From: Archaeoglobus fulgidus DSM 4304
GTDB taxonomy: Archaea > Halobacteriota > Archaeoglobi > Archaeoglobales > Archaeoglobaceae
Assembly (NCBI RefSeq): GCF_000008665.1
Contig: NC_000917.1
Location: forward strand, 1,530,001 to 1,562,000
Direction: 5' to 3'
Length of the DNA stretch: 32,000 nucleotides
The notes under the pieces: model-generated
Seen by the model: only the letters and a program-made list of their open reading frames with translations
Database searches by the model: none
Told to the model about the DNA's origin: nothing
Position numbers and translations under genes: made by a program
Shown here: in pieces, positions 17,356 to 25,670 of the stretch
Position numbering within the stretch: position 1 is the stretch's first letter
How the letters are laid out: each line of letters starts with the position of its first letter

Positions 17356-18273
17356 ATGGAGGAGAAATTCAGAAACTGCATTCTTGGCCTGGCAGTTGGT
17401 GATGCCCTCGGAATGCCCGTTGAGGGGCTCTCAATCGAAAATATAAGGCAGCTGTACGGGGAGGTAAGGGACTTCCTTCCCTCACCCTATGGCGATTTGA
17501 ATGCGGGAGAATGGACGGATGATACCGAGCAAATGGTCGTTCTTGCCGAATCAATTCTCGAAACCGTTTACTTCGATCCGGAAAATTTTGCAGAGAGGCT
17601 GAAGAGGTGGTTTCTTGAAACCAACAGCAGGAGAATCGGGCCGAGCTCGACCAAAGCGATATCGAACCTGATGAGAGGTGTTCACTGGACGAGAGCGGGA
17701 GTTTTCAGCGACACGTGCGGAGCGGCGATGAGGGTTGCGCCGATAGGGCTGGTTTACCATTTCAGCCTGAACCTGGTTGAGAGGTATGCGGAGATTTCCG
17801 CAAGAGTTACACACACCGGAACTGCAGCGATAGGAGGTGCCGTTGCGGTTGCAGTGGCAATAGCTTGCAACGTTCTGGATTTCAGCGACGAGGAGATGCT
17901 CGAAGAGGTTTTGAGAAGGGTTGAGGCCTACGACAACCTTCTTGCGGAGAAAATAAGGTATGCGAACGAGATTTCCGATAGAGATGTGGAATACGCAGTC
18001 GAAAAGCTTGGAAACAGCATATCTTCCCTCGACGTCGTTCCCATGGCTTTTTACTCCTACTTTGCGGGAAAAGACTTTGAAGAGTCGCTGATAAAAGCCG
18101 TTAACGCCGGCGGAGATGCGGACTCAATTGCGGCGATATGCGGGGCGATTAAAGGGGCGAAGGGATTTGCAATTCCCGAGAGGTGGCTTGAGGGGCTGAA
18201 AGACAGAGAGTTCCTAGAGGAGCTGGCGACGAAGCTCTACGAATTGCACATGAGAATTGTTAAGCTCACTTAA
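17356..18273 (+). CDS. ADP-ribosylglycohydrolase (DraG/ARH) family protein
   Basis: FRNCILGLAVGDALGMPVEG and EWTDDTEQ near the N-terminus, plus AVNAGGDADSIAAICGAI near the C-terminus, are the family metal-binding motifs. I prefer the ATG at 17356 to the track TTG at 17338, but the start is uncertain. Confidence 0.85.
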   Translation: MEEKFRNCILGLAVGDALGMPVEGLSIENIRQLYGEVRDFLPSPYGDLNAGEWTDDTEQMVVLAESILETVYFDPENFAERLKRWFLETNSRRIGPSSTKAISNLMRGVHWTRAGVFSDTCGAAMRVAPIGLVYHFSLNLVERYAEISARVTHTGTAAIGGAVAVAVAIACNVLDFSDEEMLEEVLRRVEAYDNLLAEKIRYANEISDRDVEYAVEKLGNSISSLDVVPMAFYSYFAGKDFEESLIKAVNAGGDADSIAAICGAIKGAKGFAIPERWLEGLKDREFLEELATKLYELHMRIVKLT

Positions 18274-19211
18274 TCAATCCTGCATTCATCGGGACTTTTG
18301 TCCTCTCTCAGTCTCAGAAACACCGGTGCTCTGAGCTTCCCGTCTTCGGTGAACTCGAGGAACTCCACCTCGCAGACGTATCTCGGCTTAACCCAGTGAA
18401 CGTTTTTGGTCTCGATTTCGAAGTGCGGCTTTGCAACCTCTATTTCCCTCAACCTCTCCGAGAACCAGTTCAGAAACTCAGAATCAAAGCCGGTACCAAC
18501 GTTGCCGACATGTTTAAGCCTTCCATCCTCGTAAACAGCCAGAACGAGGGAGCCAAAGGTCTTTGCCCTCTCTCCCTCTCCCTCAATCCATCCCACTATA
18601 ACGCAGTCCAGTGTGTTCCTCTTCTTTATCTTCTTCCAGAGTCTGCTCCTTTTGCCTATCAAGTATCTTCCATCCTTTTTCTTTGCTACAATCCCTTCAA
18701 GCCCCATTTCCACCGCTTTTCTGTAGAACTCCTCCCCTTTACCTTCAATCCACTCCTCCACCACAACCCTTCCCCTGCTTTGGAGAACTTCGGAGAGTAT
18801 CTTCTTCCTCTCCATCAGCTCCAAATCCACAACCCAGCCGTCGCAGTAAAGAACGTCGAAAACTATGTAAACTGCGGGAATGGTTTTGCTGAGAATCTCA
18901 ATCTTGAATCTGCTGTCCACATGCTCTCTTTTCTGCAGAAGAGGGAAGGAGGGCTTACCGTCCTTTATCACAACAACCTCACCGTCGAGAATCGCGTTTC
19001 TCTCGACAGCATCCAGCAGTTTAATCTCGGGGTAGCGGTAGGTTATGTCCAGTAGCCTTCTGTTCTGCAGCCTGACCCTCTTTCCCTCCACATCAACGAA
19101 AGCGAGGCACCTCGTTCCATCCCACTTAACCTCGTAAATGTGGTCGTCGCTGCTGAAGGGCTTTGACCTGACAGCAAGCATCGGCTTGATTTTTTTATCG
19201 AACCAGCTCAT
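18270..19211 (-). CDS. ATP-dependent DNA ligase, small LigD-type ligase domain
   Basis: 313 aa. Motif I is YEVKWDGTR, with the adenylated Lys. Motif III is ILDGEVVV, motif IV is VYIVFDVLY and motif V is EGIVAKKKDGRY / LWKKIKK. An OB-fold tail follows. Its start overlaps the Ku stop in an ATGA junction. Confidence 0.9.
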   Translation of the reverse strand: MSWFDKKIKPMLAVRSKPFSSDDHIYEVKWDGTRCLAFVDVEGKRVRLQNRRLLDITYRYPEIKLLDAVERNAILDGEVVVIKDGKPSFPLLQKREHVDSRFKIEILSKTIPAVYIVFDVLYCDGWVVDLELMERKKILSEVLQSRGRVVVEEWIEGKGEEFYRKAVEMGLEGIVAKKKDGRYLIGKRSRLWKKIKKRNTLDCVIVGWIEGEGERAKTFGSLVLAVYEDGRLKHVGNVGTGFDSEFLNWFSERLREIEVAKPHFEIETKNVHWVKPRYVCEVEFLEFTEDGKLRAPVFLRLREDKSPDECRID

Positions 19212-19969
19212 TTGACTGCCTCAAGACTGGCTTTCAACGCATCAATCAGCGATTTAACCTCTTCAACTCCCTCGCTGACAACAATCTCTCTGCCGGAGAG
19301 CTTCGCCTCAATCAGCTGCATCAGCGCCTCCTTGTACTCGTCTCTGAACTCCTCCAGCTTCAGCGGTTTCTTCATGGCAAGGATGAGCTTTTTGGCGAGT
19401 TCAAGCTCCTCTTCGGTGATTTCCGCCACAGCGCCCCAGCCGGGAAGCTCCAGAGGGCTGCGGACCTCGTCGATGTAGTGCAGCTGAGCCAGAACTATCC
19501 CACCGTCGTAGGGTCTTAGAGCCACGAGGTTCTCCTTTCCGCGCATGGTCATCTTTCCTATCCCCATGCTGTTTGTCTCCTCCATAGCTTTCTTCAGCAG
19601 GTAGTAGGCCTTTTCTCCTCCCTTGTCTGGTGATATGTAGTAAAAGCTGCTGTAGTAAATCAGTCCAAGCTCTGCAGGGTCGAAAAACTGCCTTATCTCT
19701 ATGCTTTTCGTCGATTTTAGGGGAATCTTCTCAAAGTCTTCGTCGGTTAGAATCACATACTCATTTTTCGATATTTCGTATCCTTTGACGATTTCTCCGT
19801 CTGAAACCTCCTTTCCGCACTTCTCGCAGACTTTTCTGTATCTGATCCTGCCCCCATCAGCAGAATGAAGGAGGTGAAATTGAATCTCCTTCTGCGTTGT
19901 TGCTTTGTAAACCTTCACCGGTATGTTCACGAGGCCAAAGGATATGCTACCCTTCCATGTCGCCCTCAT
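19208..19969 (-). CDS. ku: Ku-type DNA end-binding protein (prokaryotic Ku homologue)
   Basis: MRATWKGSISFGLVNIPVKVYKAT is the canonical prokaryotic Ku N-terminus. I therefore place the start at the ATG at 19969. The 33-codon track extension up to 20068 runs into the AT-rich divergent promoter. Confidence 0.9.
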   Translation of the reverse strand: MRATWKGSISFGLVNIPVKVYKATTQKEIQFHLLHSADGGRIRYRKVCEKCGKEVSDGEIVKGYEISKNEYVILTDEDFEKIPLKSTKSIEIRQFFDPAELGLIYYSSFYYISPDKGGEKAYYLLKKAMEETNSMGIGKMTMRGKENLVALRPYDGGIVLAQLHYIDEVRSPLELPGWGAVAEITEEELELAKKLILAMKKPLKLEEFRDEYKEALMQLIEAKLSGREIVVSEGVEEVKSLIDALKASLEAVK

Positions 19970-20097
19970 GCTCAATCTTAAGCGCGCTCGGTAAAAAACA
20001 CTTTTCTCCATTAACATGATAAATTTGAATACAAATATGAGTATCAAATATGTATCGTGTAAAAACATTTAAGTACTATAGTACGTATAAGATTTGT

Positions 20098-21420
20098 ATG
20101 ATTGAAGAGGTGTTTGAATTGACCCAGAACGGAAGGGCAAAGAAATGGCACGCTTTTTATGGGGGAAAGATAGAGATACTCCCGAAAGTTCCCATTCGAA
20201 CTCTTGACGACTTCAGCATATGGTACACACCCGGAGTGGCGGAAGTTTGCAACGAAATTGCCGAGGACGAGGAAAAGGCCTACGATTATACGAACAAGTG
20301 GAACCTCATCGCAATAATCACGGACGGCTCAAGAACTCTCGGTTTGGGGAACATTGGGCCGAAAGCAGCGATGCCCGTTATGGAAGGCAAAGCTCTCCTT
20401 TTCAAATTCCTCGGTGCGGTTGACGCTTTCCCGATCGCTCTTGCGGAGCAGGATGCTGACAGGTTTATCGAGATTGTTAAAGCCATCTCACCAACTTTTG
20501 GAGGTGTAAACCTTGAGGATATTTCCTCTCCGAAGTGCTTCTACATCCTTGAAAGGCTGCAAAAGGAGCTTGACATCCCAGTCTGGCACGACGACCAGCA
20601 GGGGACGGCTACGGCCACACTTGCAGCCCTCATCAACGCCCTGAAAATCGTCGGGAAGGACATCAGCGAGGTGAAGATTTCCATAATCGGAGTTGGAGCG
20701 GCCAACTTCGCCACAATCAGGCTGCTGAAGGCTGCAGGGGCTGATCCGAAGAAGATGTTTGTTGTTGACAGCAAAGGCATTCTGCACCCAGACAGGGCTG
20801 ACCTGAAGGAGAAGAAGGGATACAAGTGGCAGGTGGCGATTGAGACCAACGGTGAGAGAAGGACCGGGGGAATGGAGGAGGCTATAAGGGGCACTGATGT
20901 CCTTATAGCCGCAAGCAAGCCCGGTCCGGACGTCATAAAGAAGGAGTGGATTGCTGAAATGAACGATGACGCCATCGTATTCCCTCTGGCAAACCCAACA
21001 CCGGAAATCTGGCCGTGGGAGGCGAAGGATGCAGGAGCGAGGATTGTTGGGACGGGGAGGAGCGACTTCCCCAACCAGGTCAACAACTCCCTCGTCTTTC
21101 CGGGAGTTTTCAGGGGTGCTTTGACGGTAAGAGCGAGAAAAATAACGGACGAGATGTGCCTTGCCGCTGCCAACGCCCTTGCAGAGTTTGCTGAAAGGAA
21201 CGGTCTTAGCGAGGACTACATAATTCCCAGAATGACTGAAAAAGAGGTGTTCCCAGAGGTGGCGACAGCCGTTGGCGTAAAGGCGGTTGAACTCGGGCTG
21301 GCTAGGCTGGAGCTGAGGGAGGAGGAGATTTACGAGATAGCCGAGCTGATGATTTCCGCCACGCAGAGGAAGATAAAGAAGCTCTACGAGCTTGGGTTTA
21401 TCAAGGAACCCCCATCCTGA
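20098..21420 (+). CDS. NAD(P)-dependent malic enzyme (oxaloacetate-decarboxylating malate dehydrogenase)
   Basis: DDFSIWYTPGVAEVC, ITDGSRTLGLGNIGPKAAMPVMEGKALLFK, NLEDISSPKCF and WHDDQQGTA are typical of small prokaryotic malic enzymes, and a Rossmann GVGAA motif is present. I prefer the ATG at 20098. Confidence 0.9.
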   Translation: MIEEVFELTQNGRAKKWHAFYGGKIEILPKVPIRTLDDFSIWYTPGVAEVCNEIAEDEEKAYDYTNKWNLIAIITDGSRTLGLGNIGPKAAMPVMEGKALLFKFLGAVDAFPIALAEQDADRFIEIVKAISPTFGGVNLEDISSPKCFYILERLQKELDIPVWHDDQQGTATATLAALINALKIVGKDISEVKISIIGVGAANFATIRLLKAAGADPKKMFVVDSKGILHPDRADLKEKKGYKWQVAIETNGERRTGGMEEAIRGTDVLIAASKPGPDVIKKEWIAEMNDDAIVFPLANPTPEIWPWEAKDAGARIVGTGRSDFPNQVNNSLVFPGVFRGALTVRARKITDEMCLAAANALAEFAERNGLSEDYIIPRMTEKEVFPEVATAVGVKAVELGLARLELREEEIYEIAELMISATQRKIKKLYELGFIKEPPS

Positions 21421-21436
21421 TTTTTTTACTTTTCTC
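21421..21436 (+). terminator. Oligo-T tract directly after the malic enzyme stop (candidate archaeal terminator)
   Basis: The TGA at 21418-21420 is followed by tttttttactttt. Archaeal RNA polymerase terminates at oligo-T runs. This is a sequence pattern only. Confidence 0.3.
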
Positions 21437-21497
21437 TAAGCAGATTTGAAACAAACCGAAGTTAAATTTATTTGTATCTCGCTTTACGAAGTGGCGC

Positions 21498-22568
21498 ATG
21501 AAGGTAGTTCTGCTGAGTTCGTACTTTCCACCCCACATCGGCGGGGTTGAGGTTCATGTTGAAAGAATTGCCCACCACCTCCACAGAAGGGGTTTCGAGG
21601 TTGTTGTTGTCACCTCCACAGCTTCTGGGAGAGAAAAGTTTCCGTTCAGAGTTGAGTACGTTCCGAGCATCCCGATTCCCTATTCTCCCATCACACCATT
21701 CCTCGGGAGGTTCTTGGAGAAAATAGATGGCGATATTTTTCACTCCCACACACCTCCCCCCTTCTTTTCCTGCTCACTCAGAAAATCGCCGCACGTCATA
21801 ACCTACCACTGCGATATAGAGATTCCCGAGAAGTACGGGAGATTTCCGATTCCGAGAGCTTTATCGAAGCTAATAATCAGAAGAACCGACGATATGCTTT
21901 CCGAAGCCCTTGACCGGGCTGATGCGATTGTTGCGACGACAAAAAGCTACGCGGAGACTTCGAGGCTCTTGGCAGGCAGGGACTACCACGTCATCCCCAA
22001 CGGCATAGAGCTAAGCGAGTTCGAAGGGGTTGAGGCGGAAAAGGAGCCCACGGTCCTCTTCCTCGGCAGGCTTGCGGCAACAAAGGGGGTTGACGTTTTG
22101 CTTAAAGCAATGAAGCACGTTGATGTTGAAGCGAGATGCGTGATTATAGGTGATGGAGAGGAGAGGAGCTCGCTTGAGAGGCTGGCAAGAGAGCTTGAGG
22201 TGAATGCAGAGTTTACAGGCTTCCTTCCGAGAAAAAAGGTTATAGAGTACCTTTCAAGAGCTTCTCTTCTCGTTCTGCCCTCATTATCCAGGCTGGAGGC
22301 GTTCGGAATAGTCCTTCTTGAGGCGATGGCATGCGGAACTCCAGTTGCTGCCTCTGACCTTCCGGGTGTTAGGGATGTTGCATCTGAGGCGGGCTTCGTT
22401 TTTCCTCCGGGAGATTACATGAGGCTGAGCGAAATAATAAACGAAGTTCTGAGCGACGAGAGGAAGGTGAAAGCGATTGGAGAAAGCGGAAGGAGAATTG
22501 TAAGGGAGAAGTACAGCTGGGATGTGGTTGTCAAGTCCCTCATAAGGTTGTACGAGTCTCTCATTTGA
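21498..22568 (+). CDS. GT-B fold glycosyltransferase (family 4-like)
   Basis: 356 aa. The N-terminus is MKVVLLSSYFPPHIGGVEVHV. The C-terminal donor-binding motif is LEAFGIVLLEAMACGTPVAASD. Confidence 0.85.
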   Translation: MKVVLLSSYFPPHIGGVEVHVERIAHHLHRRGFEVVVVTSTASGREKFPFRVEYVPSIPIPYSPITPFLGRFLEKIDGDIFHSHTPPPFFSCSLRKSPHVITYHCDIEIPEKYGRFPIPRALSKLIIRRTDDMLSEALDRADAIVATTKSYAETSRLLAGRDYHVIPNGIELSEFEGVEAEKEPTVLFLGRLAATKGVDVLLKAMKHVDVEARCVIIGDGEERSSLERLARELEVNAEFTGFLPRKKVIEYLSRASLLVLPSLSRLEAFGIVLLEAMACGTPVAASDLPGVRDVASEAGFVFPPGDYMRLSEIINEVLSDERKVKAIGESGRRIVREKYSWDVVVKSLIRLYESLI

Positions 22569-22610
22569 CTTCAAGAAAATATTTTAAACGCCTTTTCGAT
22601 TTTAAATCAA

Positions 22611-23543
22611 ATGAGGTTGCTGACAATAGGCTCGGGGCTGCGCGGGGCCAAGGTGGCAGAAATTCTGCATAAAAAAGGCGTGAAGGTCAACAGAGTTCCC
22701 CTGTTTAAGTGCTTTGCAGTTCTGAACAATGAGGAGCACTTGAGAAGCATTTCGATAGGTGACGACAGGAAGTACTACGTTCACGGGCTGAAAGGAGACG
22801 TGAGCGGGTTTGTGAATCAAATCACATCTCTTTATGAAATATTTGAGGGCAGCCTTGTTTTAACCTCGCTGGAGGATGATTTTGGCTACATAACATCTCT
22901 CGAGCTCTGCCAGAGGCTCAGAAAAGTTACGGAGGATGCTGTAATCTCCCTCGCAATAGTCCCCCAACTTGACACCTCGAGCATTGGGGAGATAAAGAAG
23001 CGAATTCGAAGTCTCAGAGACGTTTCGGACATTCTGATTCTCTTTGAGGGGGAGGTTGGAGTTGAGAGAAAAATCCTTGAGGTGATGAACCTCGTTGCCC
23101 TTGCCGGCGAGATTGATTTGAAGAAGAGGGTGGCTGGGGAGGTAGTTGTTGACACGTCCGATGTCTTCAACGCTTTGAAATCCGACGGATTCGCCATAGC
23201 GGGCTTGGCTGAGAGAAAGATACCCTTTAACTTTAAGAACCTGATTTTCAGAAGGAACAGCGAGCTCAAGGCGGTGAGAACTAGAAGAATGATAGAGCTG
23301 ACGGAGGAAGCGCTGCAGAACGTGAGCATCAACGGAGATGTTGAGAACGCCAAATCAGCATTGCTCCTCTTCGCCGGTAAGCCTGATGAGCTGACAATGG
23401 AGGGGCTTTTCTCCTCAATAGCGATGATAGAGAACATCAACAGGGATATCGTTGTGAGGTACGGGGACTATCCAATTCCCGGTTCGAGGAAAGTTTCCGC
23501 CGTTTTAATATTCTCAGGAATCAGGAAATTCCGCTTTGCCTGA
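22611..23543 (+). CDS. Divergent FtsZ/tubulin-superfamily-like protein with a degenerate nucleotide-binding signature
   Basis: 310 aa, and collinear by eye with FtsZ. LLTIGSGLRGAKVAEIL corresponds to the G-box I.VIGvGGgGsNav. LVLTSLEDDFGYITSLELC sits where GLGGGTGTG (T4) should be. VVVDTSDVFNAL corresponds to T7 (N.DFADv). GFAIAGLAE corresponds to G.AlMGiGe. AKSALLLFAGKPDELTMEGL...VVRYGDYPIPGSRKVSAVLIFSGI corresponds to the FtsZ C-terminal domain (gA.gvLinI.gg.dl.l.E......i..Ga..d..l.d.v.VtviaTGi). Confidence 0.55.
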   Translation: MRLLTIGSGLRGAKVAEILHKKGVKVNRVPLFKCFAVLNNEEHLRSISIGDDRKYYVHGLKGDVSGFVNQITSLYEIFEGSLVLTSLEDDFGYITSLELCQRLRKVTEDAVISLAIVPQLDTSSIGEIKKRIRSLRDVSDILILFEGEVGVERKILEVMNLVALAGEIDLKKRVAGEVVVDTSDVFNALKSDGFAIAGLAERKIPFNFKNLIFRRNSELKAVRTRRMIELTEEALQNVSINGDVENAKSALLLFAGKPDELTMEGLFSSIAMIENINRDIVVRYGDYPIPGSRKVSAVLIFSGIRKFRFA

Positions 23544-24318
23544 AAAGGGAGAACAGCTTGAAAATCGTACCGTGGTAAATTATTCTGTCCTCGATTCTTG
23601 ACTGGAGTGTTTTAAAGGCGTAATCGTCGATTTCGAATTCCACGTCGTCGTATTTGACATCCTTCAGGATTAGACCGTAAGGTGGAGCGGGCTCGACCCT
23701 CTCCTTGTGCTTTTCCGGGTTCAGGAGGTCCCTGAACCACTCAATGCTTCTGTGCTGCTTTCCGATCTCCATTATTGCCGTCACTATGCAGCGAACCATG
23801 TTCCAGGTAAAGGCGTTCCCCTCAATCTCGAAGATTATGAACTCCCTGTCCGCTCTAATGTCGGCGCTAATAATTTCCCTAACGCAGCTCTCTCCCTCTC
23901 CGAATTTCTTGGTGAAGTTTGAGAAGTCGTGGACGCCGATCAGCTCTTTAACAGCCTTTCTCATCGCAGAAATGTCGTAGTCCGAGCCGTACATAACGTA
24001 TGTGTAAACTCTGCTCTTCGCCCTTCTCGGGTCGAAGTCCTCGGAAACCTTCGCCCACGCCCATGCTGTTATGTCTTCGGGAAGCTCAGCGTTCAGCATT
24101 CTCGGAAAGATTTTGTCCTCGGAGTAGAAGGAAATGACCTGGCCGTAGGCATGAACTCCGGCATCAGTTCTCCCGGCACTCCTCAGCCTCGGATTCTCAA
24201 CTCCGAGCCTTCTTAGGGCGTTGATTACCTCTCCCTCAACCGTCCTTTGGTCGGGCTGAAACTGACTTCCGTGAAAGTTGTCACCGAAGTACGCTATCTT
24301 GAACGCGAACTTCATCAC
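23521..24318 (-). CDS. truA: tRNA pseudouridine synthase A (TruA/Pus3-like)
   Basis: 265 aa. The N-terminus is KIAYFGDNFHGSQ. The catalytic Asp motif is AGRTDAGVHAYGQV. Confidence 0.9.
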   Translation of the reverse strand: MMKFAFKIAYFGDNFHGSQFQPDQRTVEGEVINALRRLGVENPRLRSAGRTDAGVHAYGQVISFYSEDKIFPRMLNAELPEDITAWAWAKVSEDFDPRRAKSRVYTYVMYGSDYDISAMRKAVKELIGVHDFSNFTKKFGEGESCVREIISADIRADREFIIFEIEGNAFTWNMVRCIVTAIMEIGKQHRSIEWFRDLLNPEKHKERVEPAPPYGLILKDVKYDDVEFEIDDYAFKTLQSRIEDRIIYHGTIFKLFSLFRQSGIS

Positions 24319-24626
24319 AGCTCTCTCCCGACGAGAGACGAAACGAACTCGTTAAGTGCGCTCATTCTCCTCTGCAGTATCTCCTTAACCTGCTTCTGCC
24401 CCTGATAAAGACCAACTGCCGTGCCGACGATGAATAGAAACTCAAGCTCGTCGAGCTGGTACTTCTCCCTCAATTCAATCAAATCTCTAACCTTGCTCTC
24501 TGGCAGGCCGTCAACGGTAAGCTCCTCCTCTTCAACCCTCTCGAGGAACTTTTCGTCCGCACCCCACCTTGTTTTCAGCTCCTCAAAGGCGTCCCAGAGT
24601 ATCGACTTTCTCGTCTGAATATCCAT
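24315..24626 (-). CDS. Hypothetical protein (103 aa)
   Basis: The ORF lies between gap and truA on the same strand. Its stop overlaps the truA start by 4 nt. No motif was recognised. Confidence 0.45.
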   Translation of the reverse strand: MDIQTRKSILWDAFEELKTRWGADEKFLERVEEEELTVDGLPESKVRDLIELREKYQLDELEFLFIVGTAVGLYQGQKQVKEILQRRMSALNEFVSSLVGREL

Positions 24627-24647
24627 GGCAAAAGTGAGGTAAAAATT

Positions 24648-25670
24648 TTAAAAAACTTTCCCAATTCCAAGGCTCTCGTTCGTCTTCCTTATGCTCTCCT
24701 CCTTCTCCGCAAGCTCGAACATGGCCCTTATGGCGTCAATGTTCTCCGGAACAACAATAGCCTCCTGATGCACCGCCTGCGTTACGAAGAGGTCGTTTCC
24801 ATCAACGCCGATCGATTCCCTCCAAACGATGTTCTCGTAGAGGTCGTACCTGAGCCTGAGCTCTCTCGCGAACTCGATTACCTTTGCCGTTGAGGTGAAG
24901 CCATCCTCTGCGGAAATAAGCATGATTCTCGGCTCCTCGCTGAGAGCGCTCACGACGTCTTCTGCTTTGACCGCTTCTCTCATCTCAACGCAGAGGGAGT
25001 GGACGTGCATAAGCGTTGTGGGGAGCTTGAATGCTGTTGTTACAATATCAACATCGGGCAAAACAGTCTTGACGTCCGGCCCGTGGTGGGATGGAATCGC
25101 AACCGGATCAGGCATGATTCCGTTGACGAGCCCCTTCTTGTCTTCCTTCGGGTCGACAACCCTTCTCAGCATCGTCGCCCTAATCCTGCCGATGCTGAAG
25201 TTCGTTTTGAGCATGTAAATGAGCCTCGTCAAACCGGTGGTGTTACAGCTCACAACCCTTACGTAGCTTTTCCCAACAGCCTCATCATAGTTGGCCAGCG
25301 CGTTGAAGGAGACCTCGGCAACGTCCTTCTTCTCCCCGCCCTGGAATATCGCCTTTATGCCCGCTTTCTCGTAATACTTCGCCTTGTTTTCCGCCCCAAC
25401 CTTGTTCGGGCTGCAGTCGACAACGATGTCGGCTTTTGGCAGCAAATCCTCTATTGTTCCCTGAATCTCGATCCCCGCCCTCTCGAAAAGCTCCACGTTC
25501 TCGGGCTTGGCCACGTAGAGAGGATACCTTTTGGCGCCGAGTTTCGCCTCAAAGTCTGGGCGGGTTTTGGTAACTCCGACAACCTCCATATCGTCCTGAA
25601 GGCTGACTGCATCAGCCACTCTCTTTCCGATGGTTCCGTAACCGTTTATCGCCACCTTAACCTTCATCAT
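24648..25670 (-). CDS. gap: Glyceraldehyde-3-phosphate dehydrogenase, archaeal type II
   Basis: 340 aa. The Rossmann N-terminus is KVAINGYGTIGKRVADAV. The active-site Cys is in VVSCNTTGLTR. The overall length is typical of archaeal GAPDH. Confidence 0.95.
   Translation of the reverse strand: MMKVKVAINGYGTIGKRVADAVSLQDDMEVVGVTKTRPDFEAKLGAKRYPLYVAKPENVELFERAGIEIQGTIEDLLPKADIVVDCSPNKVGAENKAKYYEKAGIKAIFQGGEKKDVAEVSFNALANYDEAVGKSYVRVVSCNTTGLTRLIYMLKTNFSIGRIRATMLRRVVDPKEDKKGLVNGIMPDPVAIPSHHGPDVKTVLPDVDIVTTAFKLPTTLMHVHSLCVEMREAVKAEDVVSALSEEPRIMLISAEDGFTSTAKVIEFARELRLRYDLYENIVWRESIGVDGNDLFVTQAVHQEAIVVPENIDAIRAMFELAEKEESIRKTNESLGIGKVF

Noticed and set aside
18396-19055. 219-aa plus-strand ORF, together with 18611-18892, opposite the ligase gene.
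   Set aside because: It is antisense to a ligase frame that contains motifs I-V. It has no recognisable motif and is a shadow ORF.
19970-20068. 33-codon N-terminal extension of Ku (MFLHDTYLILIFVFKF...), and the 16-codon extension of the malic enzyme ORF (20050-20097).
   Set aside because: Both extensions run into the shared AT-rich promoter region and overlap each other on opposite strands. The canonical Ku N-terminus (MRATWKGSISFGL) begins at 19969.
20541-21173. 210-aa minus-strand ORF inside the malic enzyme gene.
   Set aside because: It is a Ser/Ala/Leu-rich antisense translation. The plus-strand frame has strong malic-enzyme motifs.
22886-23440. 184-aa minus-strand ORF opposite the FtsZ-like gene.
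   Set aside because: It is a Ser-rich, low-complexity translation. The plus-strand frame shows full-length collinearity with FtsZ, so I kept that frame.
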